A DNA stretch of 64,000 bases from Phoronis australis (lineage: Eukaryota; Animalia; Phoronida): contig NMRA01000681.1 in NCBI GenBank assembly GCA_002633005.1, forward strand, positions 107,857 to 171,856, in the 5' to 3' direction. The notes beneath the pieces are model-generated. The model was not told the origin of the DNA, ran no database searches, and worked only from the letters and a program-made list of their open reading frames with translations. Of the stretch, positions 1-14,099 are shown piece by piece. A program made the position numbers and the translations under genes. Numbering within the stretch: the first letter of the stretch is position 1; each line of letters starts with the position of its first letter.

Positions 1-1218
1 CTCCCAAAGCGCGCGTGAGCTGATAATTACTACATCCCGGTACGCAGCAACAGTGTGGCATGTTGACTGACTAGTAAATGAAAGCGACGACGGAACTTAA
101 CACAACCGAGGTAGAACAATGACTGACTCGGCAGCTCTCACAGTCAGACTATGTAAAAAGAAATTGGCGGGAAGCGCTTGCCTCCTAAAACGTCACTTCC
201 GGAAAAGCGGACGAATAATTAATAAAATTACGAAAAGCTGTAATTAAGTGAAAAATATGTCTAGGATAACCAACCAACCTTATTTTAGCTCAAAATGACA
301 TGGAAAAAGGTTGCCTTCGCCTTTAATGAAAAGAAAAGTGAACTGCGTCCACAAAAGCTAAAGGTTATTTGAGATCTTATCATCACAGCCAAGTTTGTGC
401 ATTCAGTCAAATATCTACAAAATTTTATAATTTAATTCAGAAAAAGTACATATTTTCTGATAGTAGAAAGTCTGTAGTTTTTTGGCTTTATCCGAATTGC
501 TATTAACTGACCATGTCTTTCCAGTAAAATTAAGCAAAACAGAAAGGCTTATCTTGGCAAAACATTAGTATCAGTTAAGTGAACAAATTTCTTTTGGTGT
601 ATACAGTACATTCAAGATGAAATCTCGAAAACACGGTTACAGTTTTCTAAATTTTCATTTTGTTTTTGTTTTAATGCAACTTATAAGTAGAATCCCTAAA
701 GTCCCAGGGCCCTCAATCCATTGATTTTGGGACCAAACATTGTTCCCATTCCCTCTCAAAAATATTGAAAAGTCATGCAAAATCTCCAACAGTTAAGGCC
801 CAAGAATTCACCTCAAGTGATTGAAAAATTATCGAGGTTTGAATCACCTGTAGCTCACACACGTGACAGTTTGAAAGAGCACAAAAACTTGGTTCTGAAT
901 TTGGTGGCAGAATTTTCACCTTACCCACAAAATTTCCCTTTCAGAAGGCACAGGCACCTTTCCCTCTGGTGATCGAGGGCCCTGAATGCTACTTTTAATA
1001 GCTAATCATTTCAAACAACAGTTCAAAACAATTCCTAACAGAATATTGCAGAACAATGCATGAAGTACACTATCTGAAAGTTTCATTTCAATCTGATCGG
1101 CCATTTTTGGGATGTGATTGTACAAAGTTAACCAAATTTAGACATTTCACTAGGGTCTGGCATGTCAGTCCCTTTGTCGTAGTTTATGTGATTAGTGACA
1201 TGTTTTGCTGTATTTCAG

Positions 1219-2772
1219 GTCCAATGGCCCCGCCTGTTCCTGAGTGGAAAGAGACATTGGAGACAGCTAACAAAGAAAAAACAGATCTGGAAAATAAGTT
1301 TTATAGCTTAAAGATTCACACGGATGCCAAGGTATTGAGCAAATATGATTGTCTTTGCGTGGCAAAGATGTTATTTGGTTTGACATAATCCACCTGTGTT
1401 GTAATTTTTTCACAGTTCAAAACGTTTAATCTGTAGCCTTTCTTCATTACAACTTTTCTCTAGTTGGGCATTTTGCACTCTGCAATGTAGTATGTCGTGA
1501 CAGTATGAGTAGAGTGGTGTTTAAACATGTCCATGGTCGCAATGGTCATCTATAAAGGGTGTCAGACAATTACACACATGAACTTCATATCATGTGCCAA
1601 ACTTGGTGGATCATCTACACAAGCCATTGGTGATATGTATGATCCACAGCGTCATACAAACCACATAATTAATTGTTCAAGCATAATTCAAACTACAATC
1701 ATTGAACCATTTTAATGCCTTGAAAGAATTGTAGTTAATTTTGCAGTTCATATGCATGGGTTTTTGGATCAAAAGTATCATGTTGTGGTTCATATGGTTC
1801 AGTGATTCGAGCAGATGGTTCATTGGTTGGGGTGTATGATTTGAAGTTTGTGCATATAAATTGACTGATGCCTTCGTGAATTAAGTGTAGTATTATCTGG
1901 TCATAAGAAGTGGTAATTATTTTGGAGTTTGCAAATGCTATGAACTGGAATTACATTGAAAAAATATTATTCACAAAGTTTTTTATCAAGAAATAAAAAT
2001 GGTTGGTTCTTCCAATTTTTAAAAGACTGCTTACAATCAGGCCAAAAAGCATGGTTGATTCATTTTGAAGCTGGTGCCTCAGAAGTGATCAATTTCAGCA
2101 AAAATCTCATTTTTTTCAAATGTCACAAAAAGGAAAACATTGAGGAGGCCAATTCAGCAACTATCACCTAGCAATTAGCCATCACCCGATTAACTTCCCC
2201 AAATGAGGTAATCAGGTCAATGTATCACTGAAACTTGTTTGAGATGAAAAAAAACAAAATCCCGTACCAGCGTTGCTCTTTCCAAGTGGTTTTTTAATAG
2301 ACTACTAAAAATACTGCCCTGTGACGTCACTTTTCAAAAAATACTCCGATTAGAACCTTCCGTGATATTTGGGCCTTACCTGAAGGCATATGAATGGAAT
2401 ATCAAGGGATTAATTATGTTAATGTAACTGATGGTGTCACAAAACTGTTGTCTCAGTTGGACCAAAATAATCAGATTTTGTTTGCATTGTTGTTTATTTA
2501 CTGAGTAGAACTTTTGATGGAATGTTGAATGCTTGTAACGCCCGATTTGTGTGTTACAGATGAATTACTCGTGGGACTCTGACATTGGCAACCCTGGTGA
2601 GCTCATCTGTGCAGAAGCGGAGAAAATAAACGCCAACCTGGTTGTTATTGGAAACCGCGGCCTTAACAAAATCCGGCGCACATTCATGGGTAGTGTCAGT
2701 GAATATGTGTTGCATCATTCAAACTATCCAGTCATGGTCATCCCCAAAGGAACAGTTGTCGATGACCAATAG
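1219..2772 (+). CDS. Universal stress protein family gene (USP-1), 5'-partial: last two exons 1219-1331 and 2560-2772
   Basis: Exon 1219-1331 (tttcag|...AAG|gtattg) encodes GPMAPPVPEWKETLETANKEKTDLENKF. Exon 2560-2772 (ttacag|ATG...TAG) encodes GNPGELICAEAEKINANLVVIGNRGLNKIRRTFMGSVSEYVLHHSNYPVMVIP, the typical USP C-terminal half with the G-x2-G-x9-GS motif. Exons 1-2 should lie upstream of the window. Confidence 0.9.
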
Positions 2773-5700
2773 GTAGCAAGGGACTGGTCACATAGTTTTT
2801 TACTCTTGGTGCATTCTGGTCTATGGTAGCTAGTACGTCCCTTTTGTGTTCTGGTCATTACTCAAAGTTGTATTCTTATTGTAAAGTTATGGTTCTGTGC
2901 AGAGTTAGTCAATGGAAGATATATTAATTTTCTGGTTGTGCACAAGAACTCTTGGTAGTTTTATTGTTATTTGTTATTTTCCACACTCTTTGTAGGTCAT
3001 TAAACATCTCACTGCAGTTTCTTTGTTTAGTTGGCCATTTGCCCCAGTGCTAGTTGATTCAACTTACAGACCTGTAACAGTTTTAGTTGTTAGATGAGGA
3101 GGAGCCAGTCACTCTGCACAAAATAGTCAAGCTATACAAGTGTGTTACTGATTGGTATTACCTCTTTTGACATCACATCTGTGCTGGATTTGCGCACAAC
3201 TACAAAGGGGTGTGTCAAGTTGTTACACTGGAGTCGATTTGTAACTGCTTGCCTTCCCAATCCTCATATTCCTGCGGCAACTGTTCATTTGTACACAACT
3301 TAAGTCATCTTACTGTTAAAATACTATTATACTTTGCTGATGTACCAACTAGCATTGCTAGCGATATATGCAGTATACTATTACTACAGTGCACCATATA
3401 ATCTATAGGAATAAATTACATAGATTCAGTTTTACCAGGGGTGATGTAAATGTTTCTCGTAATGTGAACACTCAGATATAAAGTATTTCGGTGTTTGAAG
3501 GTGTGCCACTTTACTGTAGAATGCTGTGTTTGTTTGCTACTGGGGTGTATTATAGCAACATTAATTAGTATCTAGATTTGGGATTAGGACATGTTACAGT
3601 CTCATCCACCATTAGGATTGTGTGCATTTATGATTGATTATCAAGTTTTTTAAAGTTGATATTTTTTCTCCAAATTAAGGTATTGATAATAGTTATCTTT
3701 ATGAATAGAGCATTTTAACGTATATATCATGCAGGCAGTTTTAGTATATTCTGAGACTTTATTTATGTTGGTTATTGATATGACATAGTGAAACAAACTC
3801 TGTGTGTGTTTTGACGCAATGTTTTACTAAAATCTGTTGATTGTAAACTGGTCGACTTATAGAATTGGTTTTAAGATTAATGTCCAGTTGAAGTTGTATG
3901 TTAACAGAGTAGAGAACATTACCGTATATGTTGGTGGTGTGCACAAAAGCTACATGTAGATTATGTGCTGTGAGAAAAGGAGTATTCTACCACATTCCAC
4001 GAGTTTCAAATCAGTCGTGTTATTGGCTTAATCAGCATAAAAGTTATGTAATTGTCCTAATCTTGTGTGACTGTTATTCAAGAGTAAAAATTGAAAACAT
4101 TAATTGGCAGGCTGGAGATTCTTCTAATTATGAACAGTGATTAAAAGTACATCAGACATTTGGAGTGATTTGTTAGGGTGATGTGTGAATACAGCGATTG
4201 AATTTTGCTGGTGTAGTTTGTTTTATCTTGGCACAAATCATTCTGTGCCATCCACAGGCGTCCTCAGCTTCTGATCGTCCCCAATACACTACATGTAGTA
4301 TTATATGTAGTGTATTGGGGACGATTAGAAGCTGAGGACGCCTGTGGTGCCATCTAGTACAGAACATCTAAGCCCTATTTCAATGGTCTTACTCCCACAT
4401 TCATCAGCATATTTAGCATTTTTTCTCAAGGTATTTAAATCATGAGTCTGCAGAATATTACTGAATTTACTGTTTTGTCCACCTTGTCCAATATAGATAA
4501 AAATTACTGGTGAATGTAAACTAAAATCTTCCCTCGACTATAAATAAAGAATTCGCTGAACATCTAAATCTTACGGCAGGGCTACTCCATTTGAATTATT
4601 TTCTAAACATGTCACATGCATTGATGCATGTTTTTTAATAACAATTTTTTATAAATTTGAGAAAATTGCTGCTTCTCCGATCCTGGATGTCAAGGTCACA
4701 TCACCGTTGTTGAAATTCACTTGATAAGTGTGGCGCCATCACCTATAACTTTTATACCCAACAACTCCAAAACCACACACTGCAACATTGGAGCTTAGAA
4801 TCTCCAGCTGTGGTAATTGGTGTTATCCTGTTCCCAGCATATATCTCTCACTATGCATTCCTACCTGATCCTGAATACATATATGCTGTGTTGATTTATT
4901 CCATTTGATGCTGTTCTAGTACTGCCTGAAGATGGTTTGTGTAATGAAGAGCCAAAACATTGGATTTGGATATGTCAGTCTTCATGTGTGCACTCAGATT
5001 CTTGCTATTATTTTGGCCAAAAAACAACATTGTTATAACCACACACTAATAACAATAGTTTGACATTTAGAGCCCAGCAACACTTATCTTGTTCAGTCAT
5101 TTCATACTGCACAATATAACACACAGTCACATAATGACAGTGTGGCATTTTAATAACCTTTAACCAGTATTTAACAACTCTTAGTTAATAGATGTACCCT
5201 AATTGTCACATTACAAAGCTCTCCTCTCACTGCAGCATTTGAGACCTGCTAACCAAGTCTCGATAAATGTCAAAATTTCTTCTGCTCAATTTCAATGTTA
5301 GCAGCAATCTCGTACCCGTACAACACAATCGGTAATGTTTTTTAATTAAATTTCTAATTCCATTTGCACAGGGATAATTGTGTATTATTATTTCAATACA
5401 ACAAACATCTTTCACCGCTTTGTTAGCTAGTGTTTTCATAAGTACATGTGAGTAAATTGTAATTAAAAACTGAAGTCGTTTGTGTCATTTCACCAAATAA
5501 TGTCCACTTTTCATAATTTCTCAAGTATCGCCCTTTTTGAAGACAATCAAAATGACCCACTGGAGCAGTCTCACTCGTAGCCAGACAGAAGCTTCGGTGT
5601 GCACAGTTCACAAATCTGCAAGAACTGACCATGCCATACACAATAACCCATTATTGAGCGAGTGGGAAAATCTTTGATCAAGATTCCAATACATTCACCA

Positions 5701-6596
5701 GATGGAGTGTCTGTTCATATCTGGAAAGCTGGTAATCAGATGAATATAGGGACTTGCGACAATTCCACACGGACATTTTTAATCAACCAATCAGATTCCC
5801 TAGTCCTCGTCATGGCATCGCACATCCCAATGCAACATTAGTTTGAGAATGAAGGCTGATGAGAGAACACAAAATGTTTATAGGAACATCAATTTTCATC
5901 TATGCGAAAAAGAACCAAATCACTTTGTATATCTACTTGACATATGAAATTAAGTGATTTATTGCACTCATTATGCTAAGAGTAGACACTAGCTGTGGTA
6001 TCTGGGCATCATTTTCAAGACATACCAAGAATGCATGGACAGCCACACTAGTCAGTTTTCAAATACTGAAATAAAACTTTTCTTGTTTACTTGTGTTGAA
6101 AATTTTTGATAAAATAAAATTTTATTGCTCCAGCATGGAAAACTTTACCGTGCTTTTCTTTTTGCTTTACAATAGCTAGACTTTGAAAACTGACAATTTT
6201 GGCAATTTATGAGCAAAATAACATGCAGATGCAACAAATGAATCCCAAAACATTTCCTTATCACTGTGATTACTTGGTCAAATTAGAAACACAACATACA
6301 CAGAAGATGTAAATATGTATGTATGTATGTTGAAAATTGCAAAGTGTTTTTAAAACAAGTTTTGTGTCGAGAACAATCCACCCAAAATCTCTCGACGATG
6401 TCCAGTAAGTATCGTGACATGGTATTGGGGAATAATACTGCTTGATGTGAACTATGTGAGACCCCAAGGTATATCATTAGTGCAAAGGTCACAAGTATTT
6501 GCAGAAATTTTGTTTTCACATTCACAAGTTGTCAATAAACACAACTGCACTTTAGTTAGTGTAGATGATGTTCAAATAGCATTGTCATTTGGTTCC

Positions 6597-7546
6597 CACA
6601 GGTGGATTTAGGGGGGGGCCCAGGGGGTCTGCCCCCCCCCCTTGGCTGCCACAAAAAATAAAACCCAGGTAATTAAAATTATACGGATCAAACAAGATTT
6701 AAATGTGTGCAATTTTAGTGTTTGGGGGGAGGGGCTCAGATCCAATCTCAAGTGTCAAATTCGGAACACGGCGCAATCGTAACGGAATTATGGCCAAGTA
6801 TATGCTCTCCCGCGATATCCCAGGCGACCGGCAGTGGCGCTGCGCACTATGACTCCGTTTCCGTCGTCTGCTCCACTGTGCATTGAAGAAAATTTACTTC
6901 ATTTTTTAAAGAAAATGGAACCTGAGTGACGATGAAAAAACAGAAGCTGCTGGTAAGATGTGAATTTTAATCGAAGCCTTAGTGAACGACTCAGAAACTC
7001 ACAATTCTCTCTTTGTCAAACCTTAACTTAAGACGATTTCCAAAGCAATCCCTTCATTATTGCCAAGACGAAAAACGGATTTGGTCTTTTGGGCATTTGA
7101 AGATTATTTTAAATACAACAAATTTGTTGCGAACCGAGTGCCCAAAATATAAAATGTGTAATAAGCATTACAAAAAGAAGTAAGTTTCGCGCGCAAACGC
7201 TGTGCACCATAAACAAGTACGTCTTAGTATTAAATTAGGAGTTAAATCGTGGTGTAGTGGTAAAGCACGCGCGCTCTATCCGCCAGGTCGTTAGTTCGAG
7301 TCTGTGGTATGTGCAATTTTTCCTGTTTGACACGTTCTCCTTTTTTGCCTTTTTTTCTTGGATAATACTTCAGGAATCAAGGAAAATGCTCGATTTTTAG
7401 AGGAAAACAGAAAAATTTCCTGGGCGGGAGGGGGGCAGACTCCCTCCTAACCTCCCCCCATTCCACGCATCTACAATTGTGGTTTGCGCAAATGCTTACA
7501 GAAAAAAATGTTGGGCCCCCCTTGTGATATCCTAGATCCGCCACTG
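6597..7546. mobile_element. Non-autonomous DNA transposon (MITE-like), CAG..GGCGGAT-type TIR family, 5-bp TSD GTTCC
   Basis: Left end cacaggtggatttagg and right end cctagatccgccactg are imperfect inverted repeats. GTTCC is present on both sides (6592-6596, 7547-7551). Confidence 0.7.
7243..7314 (+). repeat. tRNA-derived sequence (SINE head or tRNA pseudogene)
   Basis: Pol III A-box-like TGGTGTAGTGG (7250-7260) and B-box-like AGTTCGAGTCT (7293-7303) at tRNA spacing, followed by T runs. The acceptor stem does not pair convincingly. Confidence 0.5.
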
Positions 7547-8290
7547 GTTCCTGCTATACCTAAGCATAGTTAGCAGTATGCAAATACATCTTTAAGGTTA
7601 TGTAGGACCATACAAAAATGTTCAAATACAGCTAACTTTGAACCGTCATATCTTATCATCGCCCATTGCATTCATAACTCCAGATACTATGCTTTGCGCA
7701 CTGTTCTCTAAAATAAATTTATGATTTCATAGAAAACATGAAATATTTTAGAAAACTAACAGCATTATTTAAATCTCATCTTGAACATTTCAAATTCAAT
7801 ATGGTCCTGTTATTGATACTGTTGTTTTGCTATCAGTGCTTCTTTCATTTTTGTTTAATTTTACTAAAATGACATTGTAACCAGACTCAACTAATGGCAG
7901 ATTGATAAAGACAAAAATTATAGTTTTATAAATATTTGACTAAATGTGCAGACTCTTCAATAAGGCCCTACACAAACTTGTAAGGTTAATATGTAAAAAG
8001 TAGCAAACATTCATACTTCTAACCAGCTCAAACTTGAGACCCCAAACATCTTTAGTCTGGTCTGCACGCCACCTGTTGGCCATAACACGTGACCTAATGA
8101 CCATAAGTCTCAAAAAATTTCTGCCCCATCCAGACTCAGACCTGGGACTTTCCACTAATGTGATATGGCCAACACGTGGCATGCAGATAAGACTTTAGAT
8201 AAAATGATTGCTATCTGTATTTCCACGCCAATTCAAGATTTACATATTCATATACAAACATAAGACCTTAAGTTTACCAGTAAAAAATAA

Positions 8291-9226
8291 CTAAAAACTC
8301 CAGCATAATGACACACTCTTCCAAATCTCTTCCATCAGCTCTGGGGGCACAGGGTGAAATGAGATTCCATGTCCATAATAAGAACACGCGAAAGGTATGG
8401 GCTTATATTTTATCCTGACGGCAGGGTTATCCACGTACTGAATTTTGGTTAACTGACTGGCACAAAGCCCAGTAATGTAAACATCCTCATATGGAAGGAA
8501 GGGAGTAGACTGAGAAAAGCTAGCAAGTTTTGGAATGATGTCCATGGAAATTATATAGCCTCCCCCTGATGTAAATGTGGGGTATGTCTTGTATGGGTAC
8601 TGTTCTTCAGACACATACCACTTGGATGCTGGGTTTCGATTCGGTGTCGCATCTGTAATAAGGTGACCTAAGATGACATTTTTGGGATAATAGTTTGCAA
8701 GGAATTGCACTAGATAATCTGTGTTAACATAAACATCATCGTCGGTCTTGAACATGTAACTGGCACCAGGACAGAACTGTGTAACCCATTTTACTGCAGC
8801 AATAGACTTCAGAGTCATGTTACGGTATGTATCAAGACAATCCACCTGGATGATGTCATGGTGCTGTTCACTCTCACTGTCTATACTCTCTTGCTGAGTT
8901 AACAGCGATGGTTTACCAATGATGAAGACCAACCTTATTCCATTGACCTGTTGATTAGATACACTTCCCCATGTCTTTCGTATCATCGCCCGTCGTTCAC
9001 TATTCCAATGAGATGACATCACCACTATAACAGTAAACACTGGCAGGTTTGATTCAGTTACTCTGCATATGCCTGATGGATTATGGATGAGCTTGTTATA
9101 AAATTTGATGACAGTCTTATTCTGTGGTAACCTCGATGGTGAATCCTCTATACCAGGAAACTGTTGATAGTAAACGAAAAGCTGAAGACAGTAGCTAAAA
9201 AGTACTGCAAAGAAGACCTGTTTCAT
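8291..9226 (-). CDS. Beta-1,3-galactosyltransferase-like (GT31 / Galactosyl_T family), single coding exon, 311 aa
   Basis: N-terminal type II TM segment VFFAVLFSYCLQLFVYY. GT31 motifs RRAMIRKTWG, DTYRNMTLKS, FKTDDDVYVN (DxD), YPTFTSGGGYIIS and EDVYITG. An in-frame stop lies shortly upstream of the ATG. Confidence 0.93.
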   Translation of the reverse strand: MKQVFFAVLFSYCLQLFVYYQQFPGIEDSPSRLPQNKTVIKFYNKLIHNPSGICRVTESNLPVFTVIVVMSSHWNSERRAMIRKTWGSVSNQQVNGIRLVFIIGKPSLLTQQESIDSESEQHHDIIQVDCLDTYRNMTLKSIAAVKWVTQFCPGASYMFKTDDDVYVNTDYLVQFLANYYPKNVILGHLITDATPNRNPASKWYVSEEQYPYKTYPTFTSGGGYIISMDIIPKLASFSQSTPFLPYEDVYITGLCASQLTKIQYVDNPAVRIKYKPIPFACSYYGHGISFHPVPPELMEEIWKSVSLCWSF

Positions 9227-12200
9227 TGTATCTAAATACGTATTTCTATGGTAACATGACCGTAACCTTCAAAAGAAGCACACTGCCACAGAGGAGTGCC
9301 GATGGCAATGTGCACAGCAAACAATTCATTATCAAAACTGGAGATTGTTTAGTTGCAAATGTGTCCAGCTCTGTTGAGGAATGAATCCTGTTGTCAGCCT
9401 TGGGGCTGAAAAACCATGGAGTCCTTTATAATTTTACAATTGATTTCACCAGGTCTTGTTTCAGCCTTATGTTCATGCTTAACATGGTATACCAGTCCTG
9501 AAACCATAAAGAGAAAATATAAGATTTTGTGAGGCTTGTGATCTTTTTGAACACAAAGGAAGAGCTTTAAAAACCATAGTCAAATGTAACAGTTGATCAC
9601 AGTTCATGGAGAGGCTCTCCCATAGGAAGACAGAGAACCTGTGGTATGTAATGGATGGGTATGGGTAGTGTTGTCTCAGGCAGTAGATATGCACATTACT
9701 TCTAGCAGACTGTGCCAAGGTGAGCTATCTACTCAGGTGATGTATTGTAACGAAAGTGATGATCAAGCTAGGGTCAATGAAAGTGCTATTGTCTCAAGTT
9801 AGTGTGACTTTTCAACATAGTCTCGGATACCCATTTTACTGGTAACCCAGGTAGTGCATTTGTTTGGATTTTGAATGTGCGATGGCACACCCCTCCAGAC
9901 TTTTGATATCTTACAAATGCCAGGTGCACTGTATGTGGTTTACTGTAGTCTGAAATGGACCACCAAATTACATGTATGGTACTTTTAAGTGCTTTTAAGT
10001 TGTTAAGACAACTAGGCCTACCGACACTCTTGGATTCATAGACTATATAACTTATAACTTAAAGCTGCATTTGGCCTTGTTCAGCAGGCTAAAAATGGAA
10101 ATCGAATCAGATCATTACTATGACAATTTCGTACGTCTCATAATAGTCTTTAGCATACTGGATTCTATTTCAGTTACCAAAAACATCCACCAATGACATA
10201 AAAAGTGCTTCAGAGCAGTTACTGAGGTTGACTTACCCTAAAATTGTCAATCTGAAAAAGGCATGTATACACATCATATCATAGTAAAGAATATTATGAC
10301 CGATTTTATGAGAACAAAAAATTTAATTCGATGTTTTCATTTTTAGTTGGCGAAGTGCACATGACTTAACTCCACACATGCCCCAATTTCATAGAATGCA
10401 GTCATAACAGCAATACAGGGGCACTGTACTGGTTTTAAATGACTGAATGACACATAGAGTATCGCAATAACTATATAATTAAAGCCAACACTGATGTGTA
10501 TAGTCACTAGTGGGCTAAGTCTTCTTTACAAAATGATAATGCGGAACAAGGCGCAAAAATCCGACATCTGAATCCATATTCAATCTTTTGGATTTCATGG
10601 CTGCCACATTCCCGTTGGAATGCACATGCTTGTGCAACGTCGCTACTTGTGTGAAGTTGTGTTGCAACGCAAAGGACGGTGCAGTATCTTTAATACCACG
10701 GGGGAAGTGACCAGCGGTGGTCCATTGTTTTGGTAGCTTTCATCGCAAACAACGAGTTGAAAATGAGTAACGAAATTTAAGGCAAGATATATACACCTTA
10801 TCAATGGTGCATCACACGCTCTGCATCAGACATAGTCAACGTTCAGCATTTAAACAGGGTTGGTTTACCGACACAATCAGTCATCAGACTAGTGTCTAGT
10901 GACCATGAGTCTGCAGACAGCCAGCTGTGCTTAGCATCAGATATTCGTTTCTGCCCAATTGAATATGTTTAAGGATCGACTATTTCTAATCCCACCACTG
11001 CTTGAAATATTCAACGCCTTCCAGCATTTAATACGCTAAGTGTTACCTTTGTTCAAAAACATTAAACGCAGAACATGAATTCATGCCAGGGAAGAAACCG
11101 AGTGCTGATCGTGTCTGTCACAGCTCCGGAAGAATGGTAGAAGCAAAGCCCGACCTCTTACGGTAATATAGAAAACTGTTCCGCACCTCAGCCCCCGGCT
11201 ACGCCGGGTGCGCCGCCCATGATAATTCACTAATATTGGCGTCAATTTTTGAGATAAAAGGAGGAATCAACTAAAACTTTAAATCGGCCCCTTCATCAAA
11301 GATTGGATATTATGGTTCTTGGTGGATGTTCTTTTCCGACAGTTGCCATGTGGAGAATTTCTCGCCGACACTCATGTGACCGCTCTGCCCCAGGCTAAGC
11401 CCCAGACAACTTTTACGATGCCTATTCAGCACGCCCTTTGTATTGATGTAGATCTGAGCTTATGAAGTGGAAAGGTAATTGCTAGCATTACTGTCTCAAC
11501 AATGGTTGTTGTTTCGTGCCCCCAATTTGGTTTTCTCTGACATTTGCAGAGTTATAGCCTACACTCTGGAGAGTATAGTTTTAACTTGGTACATTATAAA
11601 TATTACAAAATGACTAAAAAGGTTAACTTGTGTTTATCTTCACAAAGGGCCACTTCCCAAAGAACGTTAAGTTTCATATTGGTTTTCTTTATTCAATTTT
11701 TAATGCTTCTGCCCACTTGTTTTTTTTTTTCTTACCGGGAACGGGTTGATAACTTTTTACTCTAAAGTACCAAAACAGTGGTAGATTTTGATCGCCATCT
11801 AAACTTATAATTAGTTAAGTTCATTGTGAGCCCATCTCTAAATTTACCACATTACAAGTACACTAAACATTTCACGTGTCATTAAGTTTAATCTTTATTA
11901 GAACTCAAATCCTAAAATGTATACAAAAGTGCAAATATGTTGATGTTGATGACCAAACTGAAGATTTGGAACTTCTCTGGACAATTTCAGTGGCACTGAC
12001 TATATAACTATTCTAGCTCTTTGTCAGTAATAAAAAAATGAAAAGTGGGCACAACTACTGTTTCCAGGTCAAAAATCTGGTTAAACGAGATTGAAAGAAT
12101 ATAAAAAAATGAATCCAAGTGATATTGTTAACTCTGATCAGCGTTTGTTTATCCACCGAGTATATCAATACGCGCGGTAGTTTATCTTCAAACATACCCA

Positions 12201-14099
12201 ATGGCTGTAGTTTTCAGATTATTAGTTCATGACATCAATTTTTAAAAATCGAAACCGTACTTGGTTGCATTTTTCCAGCTGAATACCGCCGTGGTGTTCG
12301 TTTATAACGAAAATCAGTGGTTAATGCATTTTGAAACTTCGCCATTATGTACAGTCAGGGATGTTTAATACAGTTTATGATCGGATAATTACGTTTAATT
12401 GGGTCTTGCTCGCATCGGGCAATGCGGTCATCACAATTGTACCGGATTCCGGCGCCGCGTTCTCCTTGATCCTGGTACAAGCCGCTCAGGACGAGTGGTG
12501 AAAATCTTTAGAAATGCGTGACTTCCTTGTAAGCGTATTACTCACGGTACAGCCGTGCAATTTGCTAATAAAAAAGCGTAGATCACGCTTTCTCCGCTGA
12601 ACAGACGTACTAGAAACGGCGGACTCAGTTTCCAAATTTTCCTCCTGTCGAGAGTTACAGAGCATTATTTTGTTTCAGAGAACTGGATGGGAAAATGGAC
12701 GTTTTTAATAGGCTACCAGCTAACTGATGAATAGGACAAAATAGGGGTTGGCATTCTTCTAAGTTGATGTAGATTAGTAACAAGTCTGAGCATTTCGTAA
12801 ATTAACAGCTACATCACTACAGATTTTGACTTGGTAAAACAAATTACATATTGTAAGTTGAAAGTATGTTAGGATTTGATTTTTAACTCTTTTTACCAAC
12901 CTGCCATTAATTTGGTCATAAGCAAAAAAAGGAAGATACAATAGCAAAACAACAGCATCAAGGACATTATCAAGTTCTATTTGATACAAATTCAAAACAC
13001 TGTCAGACCCTCATACAAAAGTGGAAATATTAAAACACAATCCCTTACAATGAATAGCAGAATAGTGTATAAGGCATAGTTATAGCTATAAGTTTTGTAG
13101 GATGATGATCAACTATGTCTGAGATTCCATTTTTCTAGGGTCCTACATAACCTCAAAGCTTTAGTCCACTGGGCTCGGCTAAAACACAAAAATCTAATTA
13201 GTCCCTTTACTTTGACTACTGAAATTCGTCTCACTACTTCCTTAGTACTGTGGTAGGTCTCTATCTCCACAGGCAATGTGTACATGGACATTTTCAAATT
13301 CGCTATTTTAGGGTTGGACCACCAAATAAATTTTGAAGGGTTTTCTCACAGTTTGTGTTAGTTTAGTCACACCATTTGTCTCCCATTAGGACTGAAAGCT
13401 TGTGTTTTTAAGAAAGATTTTTAACGGATTTTAAAGTGATTTATCAGTTTCTGTATTTATGAACAAGTTTGGTTGTGTAATGTAGAGTGTAGCGAACAGA
13501 GAAACAATGAAAAGTGTGTTCACACCAAAATATCAACGGAATTCAATGCTACAAACACACAAACATCTCATTTAGATCTACAGCTCAAAGGCAGTAAGGG
13601 AACAAACTACTTGAGAAAAATAAGACATACACATGAAAGTAGACTGCCTGTCAGGAAAAGATTAAACTCTGTGCCTCAGGCCGTTCACCCATTAACTTAA
13701 GACACCCCAGGTGTGGTGAGCAAGCTCTTCCCATGGGCAGCAGAACACAATTCTGACCATAGAAGAACTCTCAACACTTGTCCATAAAACACCCTGCATC
13801 ACCTTCTCCACAAAACGCCATGCATCACAGCAAAACTCTTACCACACTAACTGGTCACTGCAAGAACAATAGAACTTGAACTATGACCTCGCTGACATGG
13901 AACTTGAACAACAGCCAAGCACAAACACACTTACTATGCGAAGTTGCAGTTCAGCGTTGGTTTAAATGTTGTTTGTACATGGTACTTAATGCAAAGTAGT
14001 AGAGAGTTCCGCCCTTGTGATAAGTATTCTGTGACCAACGATAGCTCAAGTGCTCACATACCACACCAGAGGTTATTTCCGTGACAAGGTTACTGCATC

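Noticed and set aside
7243-7314. Functional tRNA gene
   Set aside because: A and B boxes are present, but the acceptor and T stems do not pair properly and it lies within a repeat.
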